Shown here in pieces: positions 1 through 8,466 of a stretch of DNA of 64,000 bases (its first letter is position 1; the number at the start of each line of letters is the position of its first letter). This stretch comes from Bacteroidota bacterium (GTDB lineage: Bacteria > Bacteroidota > Bacteroidia > Palsa-965), in assembly GCA_046335555.1 (NCBI GenBank), contig JBKDHA010000210.1:11737-75736 (forward strand). Reading direction: 5' to 3'. The translations under genes and the position numbers were made by a program. The notes below the pieces were generated by a model. The model saw only the letters and a list, made by a program, of their open reading frames with translations. It ran no database searches and had not been told where the DNA came from.

Positions 1-77
1 AACAAATCGCTGAAAAGTGTATTTCTGGATGAGGTAAAACGAAATCTTGAGTTACTGGAAAAAGCAGAGAAAATAGT

Positions 78-2039
78 TTAATCCTTCACTACCCGCACAA
101 ACACAGCATTGCTCAGCCTGATGAAATAAACACCGGCCTCAAGCGCACCAAGATTAATCGAAAGCTGTTTGCCTCCGCTTGTAGCCTGTGCAAACACTTC
201 GCGCCCGCGCACATCATACACACGCACAAGTCCGGCTTCAATAGTTGTTGCACTTGTAAGCCAAACAATATCCTGCGCCGGATTCGGATAAACAGTTGTT
301 GTTGCTGCTTCAATTTGTACAACGGAAAGCGGATTACTCATCAGCTCAATTACGTTTAATGCATCTACCGTATCGCCGGCGGCAGTTTTTAGGGTGAGTT
401 TGAGAATATAAGTGCCGGGTTGCAAACCGTTAGTGTTCCACGCAGCAAGTGAGTTGTGGCGGATTTCGGTAAGCGAATCGGTAATAACAGGAAACCATGT
501 TGCCGACTGGCTGGGCAACTGATACGAAAGGCTGTAGCTGCCAAATGCAGTTGGATTTCCGTCGGGCCCTTGATCAATCCATGCCGAGCCGTTTACCTGT
601 AGTATGCTGTTAACCGAAGCCGTATCGGGCTGTTCGAGAGCGGCCATCCACACCACGCTGCCGTTGTAAGGAACAGGATCGGCAGGCAACTGGTTTTGCA
701 CACAGATAAGCGTGCTTTGCTGTATTGCAGAAGCTGTAATAAACGGCAGCCAGCTATAGCCCAGCACAAAGGTCGATTGCTTTTCGCTGCGGCAAGTGCT
801 GTAGCAAATGGTGTTTATGCCAAACACCGTACTCGAATCGGTTGACCAGAAATAACCGCCGCTGCCGTCGAGAATAAAATTTGTAGCCTGTATGCCTGCT
901 GTTTGCTGCGTACCTGCTTCGCCAAACTGACAACTGTCGATAAACAAAAACGAAGAATCAAACACATACATGCTCCAGGTTTCAACACTGGTGTTGTTGA
1001 GTTGCAAGTTGCGGTCGGCAAGCGGTGCGGTGTAATTGCTGTAATTCGAGTTATTAAATACACCGTAAATGGAAGCCACATCGCCCCGCTGAAACCAGCA
1101 GCCGATAAGACGAAGATCAGAATTGCTGATGGTTACATCTGATCCGTTTACCGGCATTAATGCCCATAAAACTTGTGTACACGAATCGGCAATTGCGTTG
1201 TAATTGATTCCTGAAATGCCTGGCAGTGTATTGTTGAAGCTGTAATTATACAATGTATCTCCGGGAGGAAACGTATAATTAATTACAGCATTTTGCGGAA
1301 ACTGATGCCAGAGAATAACTGAATCGGCATGCAGGAGGTTGATAGAAATAGAATCCTGCAAAATGTATTCGCCGGTGAGATTTGAATTTGTAATGTTTAC
1401 AGTTGAAGCTCCAAGCACCGAAGCAGTTGTCCAGTCGCTGTTGTGCACATTGGTCCATTCCAGCACCGGATTACCGGCCATGCCGAGGTAGTGCGACATT
1501 CCGCTGTAGTTGAGCGAACAATTGCGCAAACGTACTTGTGCCTGATTAAAAATGACCAACGAACGTTCGTAAAAATAAGCTTGCGGAAAAGACAGACTCG
1601 ATGAATCGGCCAGCAATTGTCCGGTTCCCCACACATATACATCGCCGGTATCAATTACTGTTGCATTTCTGAAAATCAGCACACCATCATTAAACACCCA
1701 AATCGGACCGGTGTGCGTCCAGTTACCGGTAATGATAAGTGTATCGTTGGGCACAGCGCCAACAATGAGCGTATCCAAACTTAAAAGTTGCTGCGGAGGT
1801 TGCTGCGCGAGAAAAGATTCAATCCCCGCAGTTTCGGCAAGTTCAAGCCGGGTAATCAGCGGAAGATAATGACTGTTAACAGAAGGCTGCGCAACAGCAG
1901 AACGCGGCTGAACCGATTGCTGAGAAAAACCATTGTTCAGCAATTCCGCAACAGAAGTTTGCGGAAATGTGTTTTGCTGTGCCTGCATTGTAAACGCAGC
2001 AAAGCAGGTAAACAGAATAATTAACCCGCGTAAATTCAT
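78..2039 (-). CDS. Secreted T9SS type A cargo protein, probably beta-helix-rich
   Basis: Signal peptide; Asn/Ser/Thr-rich beta-strand repeats; C-terminal VYPNPA...G.Y.I...RVVKD T9SS domain. Confidence 0.8.
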   Translation of the reverse strand: MNLRGLIILFTCFAAFTMQAQQNTFPQTSVAELLNNGFSQQSVQPRSAVAQPSVNSHYLPLITRLELAETAGIESFLAQQPPQQLLSLDTLIVGAVPNDTLIITGNWTHTGPIWVFNDGVLIFRNATVIDTGDVYVWGTGQLLADSSSLSFPQAYFYERSLVIFNQAQVRLRNCSLNYSGMSHYLGMAGNPVLEWTNVHNSDWTTASVLGASTVNITNSNLTGEYILQDSISINLLHADSVILWHQFPQNAVINYTFPPGDTLYNYSFNNTLPGISGINYNAIADSCTQVLWALMPVNGSDVTISNSDLRLIGCWFQRGDVASIYGVFNNSNYSNYTAPLADRNLQLNNTSVETWSMYVFDSSFLFIDSCQFGEAGTQQTAGIQATNFILDGSGGYFWSTDSSTVFGINTICYSTCRSEKQSTFVLGYSWLPFITASAIQQSTLICVQNQLPADPVPYNGSVVWMAALEQPDTASVNSILQVNGSAWIDQGPDGNPTAFGSYSLSYQLPSQSATWFPVITDSLTEIRHNSLAAWNTNGLQPGTYILKLTLKTAAGDTVDALNVIELMSNPLSVVQIEAATTTVYPNPAQDIVWLTSATTIEAGLVRVYDVRGREVFAQATSGGKQLSINLGALEAGVYFIRLSNAVFVRVVKD

Positions 2040-2176
2040 GTGTACTGATGATTGAGTACCTGAATTTAATAATAATATTCAAAAAGGCTGGTGAACTTAT
2101 GTTTCCCGAAAACGAAAGGAGCCGTAAATGAAGTTGATTAATAGTACAGCGCAAGCAGACAATAATGCTGATCAAT

Positions 2177-2572
2177 TTACTTCTTAAACCAGCCCCACTC
2201 TGTTTCTTCTGTACCCAGAAACACACCATCATCGCGCACCTCAACCGGAAAAGCCCGTGCAGCTTCACCTCCACCGTTACGCCGCCTTCCGGTTTTCACA
2301 TCAAACGAATAACGGTGCAGCGGACAAACCAAAGCACATCCGTTTTCATCATGCACAGTCCAGCCTTGAGAAAGTGAAAAACCATTGTGCGGACACCGCT
2401 CTTCAATAGCCGCAAACGCCGCAGCAGCAGAACTCCCGGCAGGATTGGTATTCACAATACACAGCTTGCGGCCAGCAACATATTTCACGAGCAGTTTACC
2501 CGAAGGAATTTGCTTTTCAGCTTCTTCAGCACTATTAAAAATACGATGCCAGCGGATTACAGTTCGAAACAC
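2177..2572 (-). CDS. Rieske [2Fe-2S] ferredoxin-like protein
   Basis: CPH...CPLH Rieske ligand motifs, followed by FDVKTG; GTG start uncertain. Confidence 0.85.
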   Translation of the reverse strand: MFRTVIRWHRIFNSAEEAEKQIPSGKLLVKYVAGRKLCIVNTNPAGSSAAAAFAAIEERCPHNGFSLSQGWTVHDENGCALVCPLHRYSFDVKTGRRRNGGGEAARAFPVEVRDDGVFLGTEETEWGWFKK

Positions 2573-2580
2573 CTGTTTGA

Positions 2581-2610
2581 AAGTGTTGAGTGGAAAGTGT
2601 AAAATGTAAA
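2581..2610 (+). repeat. Degenerate heptamer tandem array (AAGTGTA-like)
   Basis: aagtgttgagtggaaagtgtaaaatgtaaa. Confidence 0.7.
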
Positions 2611-2770
2611 GCGGTTACACTTGCTAAGGTATGATTCATAACTAAATCTCAAAAACTTATTCGCTCCGCTCATAGCTTACGCTATGTTTCCTATGTTTCA
2701 ATGCGTGAAATCAATCCATCGTAAGTAATTCTGTTTGTATTGATGAGTTGAAGTAAATAATTCAGCTAAT

Positions 2771-2900
2771 GTGATTGGAACAATCACGAAACATACATTC
2801 TAGTGAAAGTGATTGGAACAATCACGAGCATACATTCTAGTGAAAGTGATTGGAACAATCACGAGAGTAGATTACAGCTAAAGTGATTGGAACAATCACG
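2771..2900. repeat. Four copies of an 18-bp hairpin repeat GTGATTG-GAA-CAATCAC-G, period 37-38 bp
   Basis: Identical copies start at 2771, 2809, 2846 and 2883; 19-20 nt spacers. Confidence 0.95.
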
Positions 2901-2925
2901 AAAAAACACTTTTAACAGGCAACTC

Positions 2926-2973
2926 CACTTTACACTTTACACTTTACACTTTACACTCTACACTTTACACTTT
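2926..2973 (-). repeat. Heptamer tandem array (CACTTTA)n
   Basis: About 7 near-perfect units, inverted relative to the 2581-2610 array. Confidence 0.95.
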
Positions 2974-3020
2974 GAAAAAGCTCTTTGGCATGCTGAGCAA
3001 AGCGAAGCAAAACAAAGCAG

Positions 3021-4880
3021 CTACTTAGCTTGTAGCAGTCTGTTCCTGTTAGCCACAGCACTTCGCTGTGCAGCCGGATCAGTTCTTACAAAGTGTCTGA
3101 CAAATTCCTCGCGCAGCACAGGAGTTGCCGTAGTTTCATCGTTTCTGTTGCCTCTTACAAAGCGCAGTGTAACCGGCTGATTTTCTTCGGGGTAATAAAC
3201 CGGGTGCATGGCATAATCGAAATTATCAATATCAACGATTACGCCGTTTACACTGAGAATGCGGTCGCCCGAGCGTAAACCGAAAAGGTTATCGGTAAAG
3301 GCAGTTCGCACATAAAACGCATCATTATTTTCGGCGTAGAATAATGTGAATGTTCCGAAACTAAGTACCGAGTCAATTGCATCAGGAGCATAGGCCCAGC
3401 CGATTGTTTCGAGTGAAGTGACTAACGGAAGTTCATTGCAGTTAAGCACGTAGTTATTGAAAAACGGTTGCACATCTGCACCACTGTTTTCACCAATGAG
3501 TTTGGCCAGCGCAATATTATCGCCACCCGGATTTTGGCTGAACAGCGATAGAAAAACAGATTGCAAACCCTCGGCTTTGTTGTTGCCCGAATTGATGAGT
3601 TCAATATCGAGCAGGAAAACGGTTACCAATGCCCGCGCCCGCAGCGCCGATGCCTGATCGGGAGAAGCAAGTGCACGCGCCAATGCTTTCTGGTTGGAGA
3701 AAGCAATTTTGGGTGCTGTTTCCGCTACTGAAATTGCATTGCGCAGACGTTCCATAAATGCTTCTTCACTTATCACCGAATCACGAACGGCACCCAGCAA
3801 ATTCAGGTAGGCGGTCATGCCATTGCCAAACCACCACATTTCGGGTACAAGTGCCGGCTCTCCGAATAGCTGATCGGAATTAAGGGATGCTGTGGCCGAA
3901 AAAGAAGGCAGCATCCTGAACAAACTTCCTTCTGATTGCTGCATGATCATTTGTGCAATATCGTTTTCGTCTTGCAAGTCGGGCAAACAGTAATAGCCGC
4001 TTCCTACATGCTCAACTCCGCTCCAGCGCATTTCTTTGTTATCGGCTTCATCAAAACGATACATCAGAATAACAGAAAACGGCACTGAACCGGCGGTGAG
4101 TTGCTGCAATGCACTCAACTGCGGCGAGAGTATGCGGCGGATGATTCGTGCGCGGCCTTCGTATTTTGAACCGCTTACTGCAATATGCAAATTGATATGC
4201 CCGTAAGCTGTATTCAATGTATCGGGTGTTCCGTAAAGCAGAGGATGATCGATCAGATGTGCATAACCTGAACTAAAAAACTTATCGCGGCTTTGCGTTT
4301 CACTGTTACAGGTTAATGCCGTTGTAACAAAAAGTTTGGGCGAATGCAGAACAGTAACCCGGTAAGCTGCCTGAGAAGCATAACTGAAACGTCCGACCAT
4401 AAATGCTGGTTGCAGCATAAACTCGGTACCTGCTTCAAACCGCGATGCGGCTGCCTGAGGAACAGTCTGATTTGTTGTTGTTGTTTGTTCACCATCAAAC
4501 ACATCATCCACCCAATACTCTATGCGGCGTAAACTATGTCCTTTACGGGGATGAAACCGAAATCCGTTCGCACGGCGCGTTACTCGTACCCGCGAACCCC
4601 GATCATCTGTCGCATAAATTTCATGAATGAATGATACTGCCGACAGCGTTTTATACACTCCGGGTATTGCCGAAGGAAACGAAAAATCAATAACACGACT
4701 AGTTGCAGCCGGCGGTATTACAGTAACCTTAACCCGATCTTTCTCTTTGGTAACATTCTGTAAATCGATTGTTACTTCACAAGTACTGAAACGCATGTCG
4801 GTCTGGGAACAGACATGGAACGGGGCCAAGGCTAACAGCAACACCAGCAGGAGATTGGTGGTCTGTTTGTTCATGGACAC
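3021..4880 (-). CDS. Peptidase M61-like protein with PDZ domain; catalytic motif degenerate
   Basis: Signal peptide; FSFPSAIPGVY N-domain, LIDHPLLYG, SGVEH; PDZ signature GLRSGDRILSVNG; no HEXXH. Confidence 0.7.
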   Translation of the reverse strand: MSMNKQTTNLLLVLLLALAPFHVCSQTDMRFSTCEVTIDLQNVTKEKDRVKVTVIPPAATSRVIDFSFPSAIPGVYKTLSAVSFIHEIYATDDRGSRVRVTRRANGFRFHPRKGHSLRRIEYWVDDVFDGEQTTTTNQTVPQAAASRFEAGTEFMLQPAFMVGRFSYASQAAYRVTVLHSPKLFVTTALTCNSETQSRDKFFSSGYAHLIDHPLLYGTPDTLNTAYGHINLHIAVSGSKYEGRARIIRRILSPQLSALQQLTAGSVPFSVILMYRFDEADNKEMRWSGVEHVGSGYYCLPDLQDENDIAQMIMQQSEGSLFRMLPSFSATASLNSDQLFGEPALVPEMWWFGNGMTAYLNLLGAVRDSVISEEAFMERLRNAISVAETAPKIAFSNQKALARALASPDQASALRARALVTVFLLDIELINSGNNKAEGLQSVFLSLFSQNPGGDNIALAKLIGENSGADVQPFFNNYVLNCNELPLVTSLETIGWAYAPDAIDSVLSFGTFTLFYAENNDAFYVRTAFTDNLFGLRSGDRILSVNGVIVDIDNFDYAMHPVYYPEENQPVTLRFVRGNRNDETTATPVLREEFVRHFVRTDPAAQRSAVANRNRLLQAK

Positions 4881-4974
4881 TCAAAAATAAGAAAATAGGG
4901 ACTACATCAACCTTATTTTCAATTATTATCATAACCAATACAAACAATCTTTCAACATGAATTGATAAACAATC

Positions 4975-5009
4975 AAAAAGCGCATCATGGAAAACCATGA
5001 TGCGCTTTT
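4975..5009 (-). terminator. Intrinsic terminator after obg
   Basis: aaaagcgcatcatgg-aaaa-ccatgatgcgctttt. Confidence 0.85.
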
Positions 5010-5029
5010 AATTATCGGTATCAGAAAAC

Positions 5030-6043
5030 TTAAGCGTTATTCATCAGCTTCCAAAGTTCATCTTTCAGCGCTTGAAGGTTTTTCTGACTTTGCGAGGAGA
5101 AGATAACAAACGGAATACGGTGTTTTTTGCGAAGCTGTTTTTCGAGATCTTTCTTCACTGCTTCAAAAAGTTCATCGTCCAGCAAATCGGCTTTTGAGAT
5201 GCCGAGCAACCTTTTTTTATCGAGCAGTTCGGGATTGTATTGCTCCAGTTCATGGAGGAGTACTTCGTAATCTTTCACAATATCATTGCTGTCGGCAGGA
5301 ATGAGAAACAGCAGCATGGCATTTCGTTCGATATGCCGCAGGAAGCGCACACCGAGTCCACGGCCTTCGTGCGCACCTTCGATAATTCCGGGAATATCGG
5401 CCATCACAAACGAGCGGTGATCGCGGTAGGCAACAACGCCGAGGTTGGGCACGAGTGTGGTAAACGGGTAATCGGCTATTTCGGGCTTTGCAGCGCTAAC
5501 CACCGAAAGCAGTGTAGATTTACCGGCATTGGGGAAGCCCACCAGTCCAACATCGGCAAGAAGTTTAAGTTCGAGAATTTTCCATTCTTCGCGGCCGGGT
5601 TCGCCGGGTTGTGCAAAGCGCGGTGTTTGTCGTGTTGCCGTTGCAAAATGCTGATTGCCTAATCCGCCGCGGCCGCCGGGCACAATAATGCGTTCTTCGT
5701 CGTGCTCGGTAATTTCAAACAGTATCTCTTCAGTTTCGGCATCGCGGGCTACAGTGCCGAGCGGTACTTCAATAACTTCATCGCGGCCTTCGGCGCCGGT
5801 CATATTCTGCCTCCCGCCTGATTCGCCATCCTGAGCAATCACATGCTTGCGGTACTTCAAATGCAGCAAAGTCCAGAGTTGCTTGTTACCGCGGATAATT
5901 ACATGCCCGCCTCTTCCACCGTCGCCACCGTCGGGTCCGCCTTTTGCAGTTTGAGCAGTGCGCAGCAGGTGAACAGAGCCGCCGCCACCTTTTCCTGAGT
6001 GACAGCAGATTTTAACGTAATCAATGAAATTGGAATCAGACAT
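5030..6043 (-). CDS. obgE: GTPase Obg/CgtA
   Basis: Gly-rich Obg N-domain ([12 protein letters not shown]); [21 protein letters not shown]; YPFTT; DIPG. Confidence 0.98.
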   Translation of the reverse strand: MSDSNFIDYVKICCHSGKGGGGSVHLLRTAQTAKGGPDGGDGGRGGHVIIRGNKQLWTLLHLKYRKHVIAQDGESGGRQNMTGAEGRDEVIEVPLGTVARDAETEEILFEITEHDEERIIVPGGRGGLGNQHFATATRQTPRFAQPGEPGREEWKILELKLLADVGLVGFPNAGKSTLLSVVSAAKPEIADYPFTTLVPNLGVVAYRDHRSFVMADIPGIIEGAHEGRGLGVRFLRHIERNAMLLFLIPADSNDIVKDYEVLLHELEQYNPELLDKKRLLGISKADLLDDELFEAVKKDLEKQLRKKHRIPFVIFSSQSQKNLQALKDELWKLMNNA

Positions 6044-6047
6044 GGGG

Positions 6048-6055
6048 CAAAAGTA
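6048..6055 (-). promoter_or_regulatory. Bacteroidota -7 promoter element, 4 nt before the obg ATG
   Basis: Minus strand reads TACTTTTG-CCCC-ATG. Confidence 0.7.
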
Positions 6056-6200
6056 ATGATGAATTGTGAATGTTTAATGATGAATGTTTCTTGAGCTGCC
6101 GCTTGGAAGTGGAGAGTGTTAAGTGTTTCTTCGACTATTGCTCAGAAGTGTAAAACGATGTTGTTTGTGAAGGGCTTTGCTCCGCTCAGGCTTTTCCTTA

Positions 6201-6295
6201 CTTCGCTGCGCTCAGTAAATATTTATCTTCGCTGCGCTCAGTACGGTGTTTCTCTTCGCTGCGCTCAGTCTGTTTCGTTGCTTCGCTGCGCTCAG
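6201..6295. repeat. Four direct copies of the 15-mer CTTCGCTGCGCTCAG with 11-12 nt variable spacers (REP-like)
   Basis: Copies at 6201, 6227, 6254 and 6281; degenerate copies near 6129 and 6175. Confidence 0.95.
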
Positions 6296-6307
6296 CGGGG
6301 TAAATGC

Positions 6308-6341
6308 AAAAGCGGCTGTCAAGGTCTTGACAGCCGCTTTT
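6308..6341 (-). terminator. Intrinsic terminator after adk
   Basis: aaaagcggctgtcaag-gt-cttgacagccgctttt. Confidence 0.85.
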
Positions 6342-6357
6342 GATGTGTATCCTGAGA

Positions 6358-7461
6358 TTACTTTTTCTTTCCTTTTGCTTTTGCAGCCGGGCGTTTGTTA
6401 GCTTTTTTAGCTACTGGCTTTGCAGTTTTCTTAGCTACTGGTTTTGCGGCTTTCTTCTTGGCTTGTTTGGCTACGGGCTTTGCTGTTTTTTTAGCTACCG
6501 GTTTTGCGGCTTTCTTCGTGGCCTTTTTGGCTACGGGCTTTGCAGCTTTCTTAGCTACCGGTTTTGCGGCTTTCTTCGTGGCTTTTTTGGCTACGGGTTT
6601 TGCAGCTTTCTTAGCTACCGGTTTTGCGGCTTTCTTCGTGGCTTTTTTAGCTACCGGTTTTGCTGTTTTCTTCGCGGACTTTTTGGTTGCCGGTTTCGCT
6701 TTTGCGGGAGCTTTTTTAGCGGCTTTCTTAGCTGCGGGCTTCTCTGCTTTTTCTGCTGCCGGTTTTTCAACTTTCGCAGCAGCTTTCTTGGTTGCAGGCT
6801 TCGCCGTTTTTTTAGCCGGAGATGATTTTTTTACGGCAGGTGCTTTCGCAGTTTCTGCTGTAACAGATGCAACAGCCTCTTTACGGCCAATTCCGTCGAT
6901 CAGCAAGCTGAGATCATCAAAAACCTGCTCAATAGCATTCATGCCATCGACACCAGTGTACTGGCCGCGGCTTTTGTAAACACCGATAACCGGCGAAGTT
7001 TCTTCGTTATATACATTGAGGCGGTTGCCTACAATTACCGGATCCTGATCGTCGGCACGGCCCGAAAGTTCAGCGCGTTTTACAATGCGGCGCACAAGTT
7101 CTTCTGAGTCCTCCACTTCGAGTGCAATAACACTGTCGAGCTTTGCACCGCGGCGTTCGAGCATTGCGTCAAGCATTGGAACCTGTGCTGTGTTGCGCGG
7201 AAATCCGTCGAAAATAAATCCGTCGGCTTCAGGATGCTTGTTCATTTCATTTTCGAGTACACCCGCAACAAGTTCATCGGGCACCAGCAATCCCTGGTTG
7301 ATGAACTCCTGTGCCTGAACGCCGAGCGGTGTACCCGCCTTTCGTTCTGCACGCAGAATATCGCCGGTAGAAAGATGAACCAGATTGTATTTGGCAGAAA
7401 GTTTTTCTGACTGAGTGCCTTTACCTGCACCGGGGGGGCCGAAAATGATAATGTTGCGCAT
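6358..7461 (-). CDS. adk: Adenylate kinase (short-LID type) with a Lys/Ala/Pro-rich histone-H1-like C-terminal tail
   Basis: GPPGAGKGTQ, HLSTGDILR, FDGFPR, GRADD; about 170 aa of KKAAKPVA repeats. Confidence 0.95.
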   Translation of the reverse strand: MRNIIIFGPPGAGKGTQSEKLSAKYNLVHLSTGDILRAERKAGTPLGVQAQEFINQGLLVPDELVAGVLENEMNKHPEADGFIFDGFPRNTAQVPMLDAMLERRGAKLDSVIALEVEDSEELVRRIVKRAELSGRADDQDPVIVGNRLNVYNEETSPVIGVYKSRGQYTGVDGMNAIEQVFDDLSLLIDGIGRKEAVASVTAETAKAPAVKKSSPAKKTAKPATKKAAAKVEKPAAEKAEKPAAKKAAKKAPAKAKPATKKSAKKTAKPVAKKATKKAAKPVAKKAAKPVAKKATKKAAKPVAKKAAKPVAKKATKKAAKPVAKKTAKPVAKQAKKKAAKPVAKKTAKPVAKKANKRPAAKAKGKKK

Positions 7462-7510
7462 GTTGTCTTGATGATAGAGCGCTAAGTTCGTGTTTTTAAG
7501 GCTTGCAAGA

Positions 7511-7651
7511 GTAGCACAGATTTATTTTTTATGCTTGGTGGCTTAGCTTGGTGACTTTGCATAGTGGCTTCGCATAGTGCTGCAACATCCGGCCGGATGT
7601 TGTTACGGGTGGTTTTGCTTAGCCACTATGCTTCTCGTCTTACTGTGCTAC
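7511..7651. repeat. Nested inverted-repeat element with 13-mer tandem units and a 20-bp central palindrome
   Basis: caacatccggccggatgttg (7583-7602); gcatagtggct/agccactatgc; gtagcacag/ctgtgctac. Confidence 0.7.
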
Positions 7652-7680
7652 AATGCTTCTTGTCCCCCTGAGCCGAGCCC

Positions 7681-8220
7681 TCAATCCTCTTTCACCACAT
7701 ATATATTCCGAAGATTCCGCCCAAGACCATTGTAGTCGAGGCCATAGCCTACTATGAATGCTTCGGGAATTTCGAGGCCGATGTAGTCGATGGGCAATTC
7801 TTTCTTGTAGGCTTCGGGTTTGAACAGTAGCGTAGCCACTTTTACATCGGCTGCTCCCTGGTCTTTTACTTTCTGTACTAATGTTTCAATGGTAAAGCCG
7901 GTATCTACAATGTCCTCAACAATGATTACGGCGCGGCCGACGAGACTTTCGTTCAAACCGATAAGTTCTTTCATCTTTCCGGTTGAGCTTGTGCCGTGAT
8001 ACGAGGCCAATTTCACAAACGAAACTTCACAATCGATGCGAATTTCGCGGAGCAGATCGGCGGCAAACAGAAAAGCGCCGTTGAGTACCACCATAAACAA
8101 GGGATGCCGGCCTTCGTAGTCGCGGTTCATGCGTTCGGCTATTGCCGATACAGATTCAAGCAGGCGTGATTCGGGTATGTAGGGAACAAAGGTTCTGTCG
8201 TCTAAGCGGATAGAGCTCAT
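7681..8220 (-). CDS. hpt: Hypoxanthine phosphoribosyltransferase
   Basis: VLNGAFLF, IIVEDIVDTGFT PRPP-binding motif, FIVGYGLDY; start set at MSSIRL. Confidence 0.95.
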   Translation of the reverse strand: MSSIRLDDRTFVPYIPESRLLESVSAIAERMNRDYEGRHPLFMVVLNGAFLFAADLLREIRIDCEVSFVKLASYHGTSSTGKMKELIGLNESLVGRAVIIVEDIVDTGFTIETLVQKVKDQGAADVKVATLLFKPEAYKKELPIDYIGLEIPEAFIVGYGLDYNGLGRNLRNIYVVKED

Positions 8221-8466
8221 GTGCAAATTATTTGCGCGCAAAGGTATGATTTTCGCCGGGTTTACAGATTGTGCAAAAACTAATCGGCTGATGCTCAAAC
8301 AGGGGGTGAAACTGTTCATAATTAAGGGGATGCAATACGAACATATCCTGTTAAAAAGCCCGTTATTTATATGTAGAAATAAAACTGCACGGGGCTGCAT
8401 TCTATTTTCTACTTTTGATGCCCTTTCGAGAAATTTAAGCGCCCCACCGAAGTAGTTTGACCCGCC

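Noticed and set aside
2771-2900. CRISPR array
   Set aside because: Repeat is only 18 bp, spacers are 19-20 nt with two nearly identical, and no cas genes are in the window
2887-3180. 97-aa ORF with LHFTLYT repeats
   Set aside because: Translation of the heptamer array, antisense to the M61-like gene end
6201-6295. CRISPR array
   Set aside because: A 15-bp repeat and 11-12 nt spacers are far too short; no cas genes
6116-6343. 75-aa ORF with LRCAQ repeats
   Set aside because: By-product of the 15-mer DNA repeats; runs through a terminator
6340-6979. Hydrophobic or Cys/Phe-rich repeat ORFs on the plus strand
   Set aside because: Antisense shadows of the Lys/Ala-rich adk tail
7432-7438. G7 tract in adk as a phase-variation site
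   Set aside because: Encodes the conserved GPPG P-loop of a normally essential gene; the run is short
8221-8400. N-terminal extension of Hpt
   Set aside because: Hpt-like sequence begins at MSSIRL; the extension overlaps the divergent promoter region
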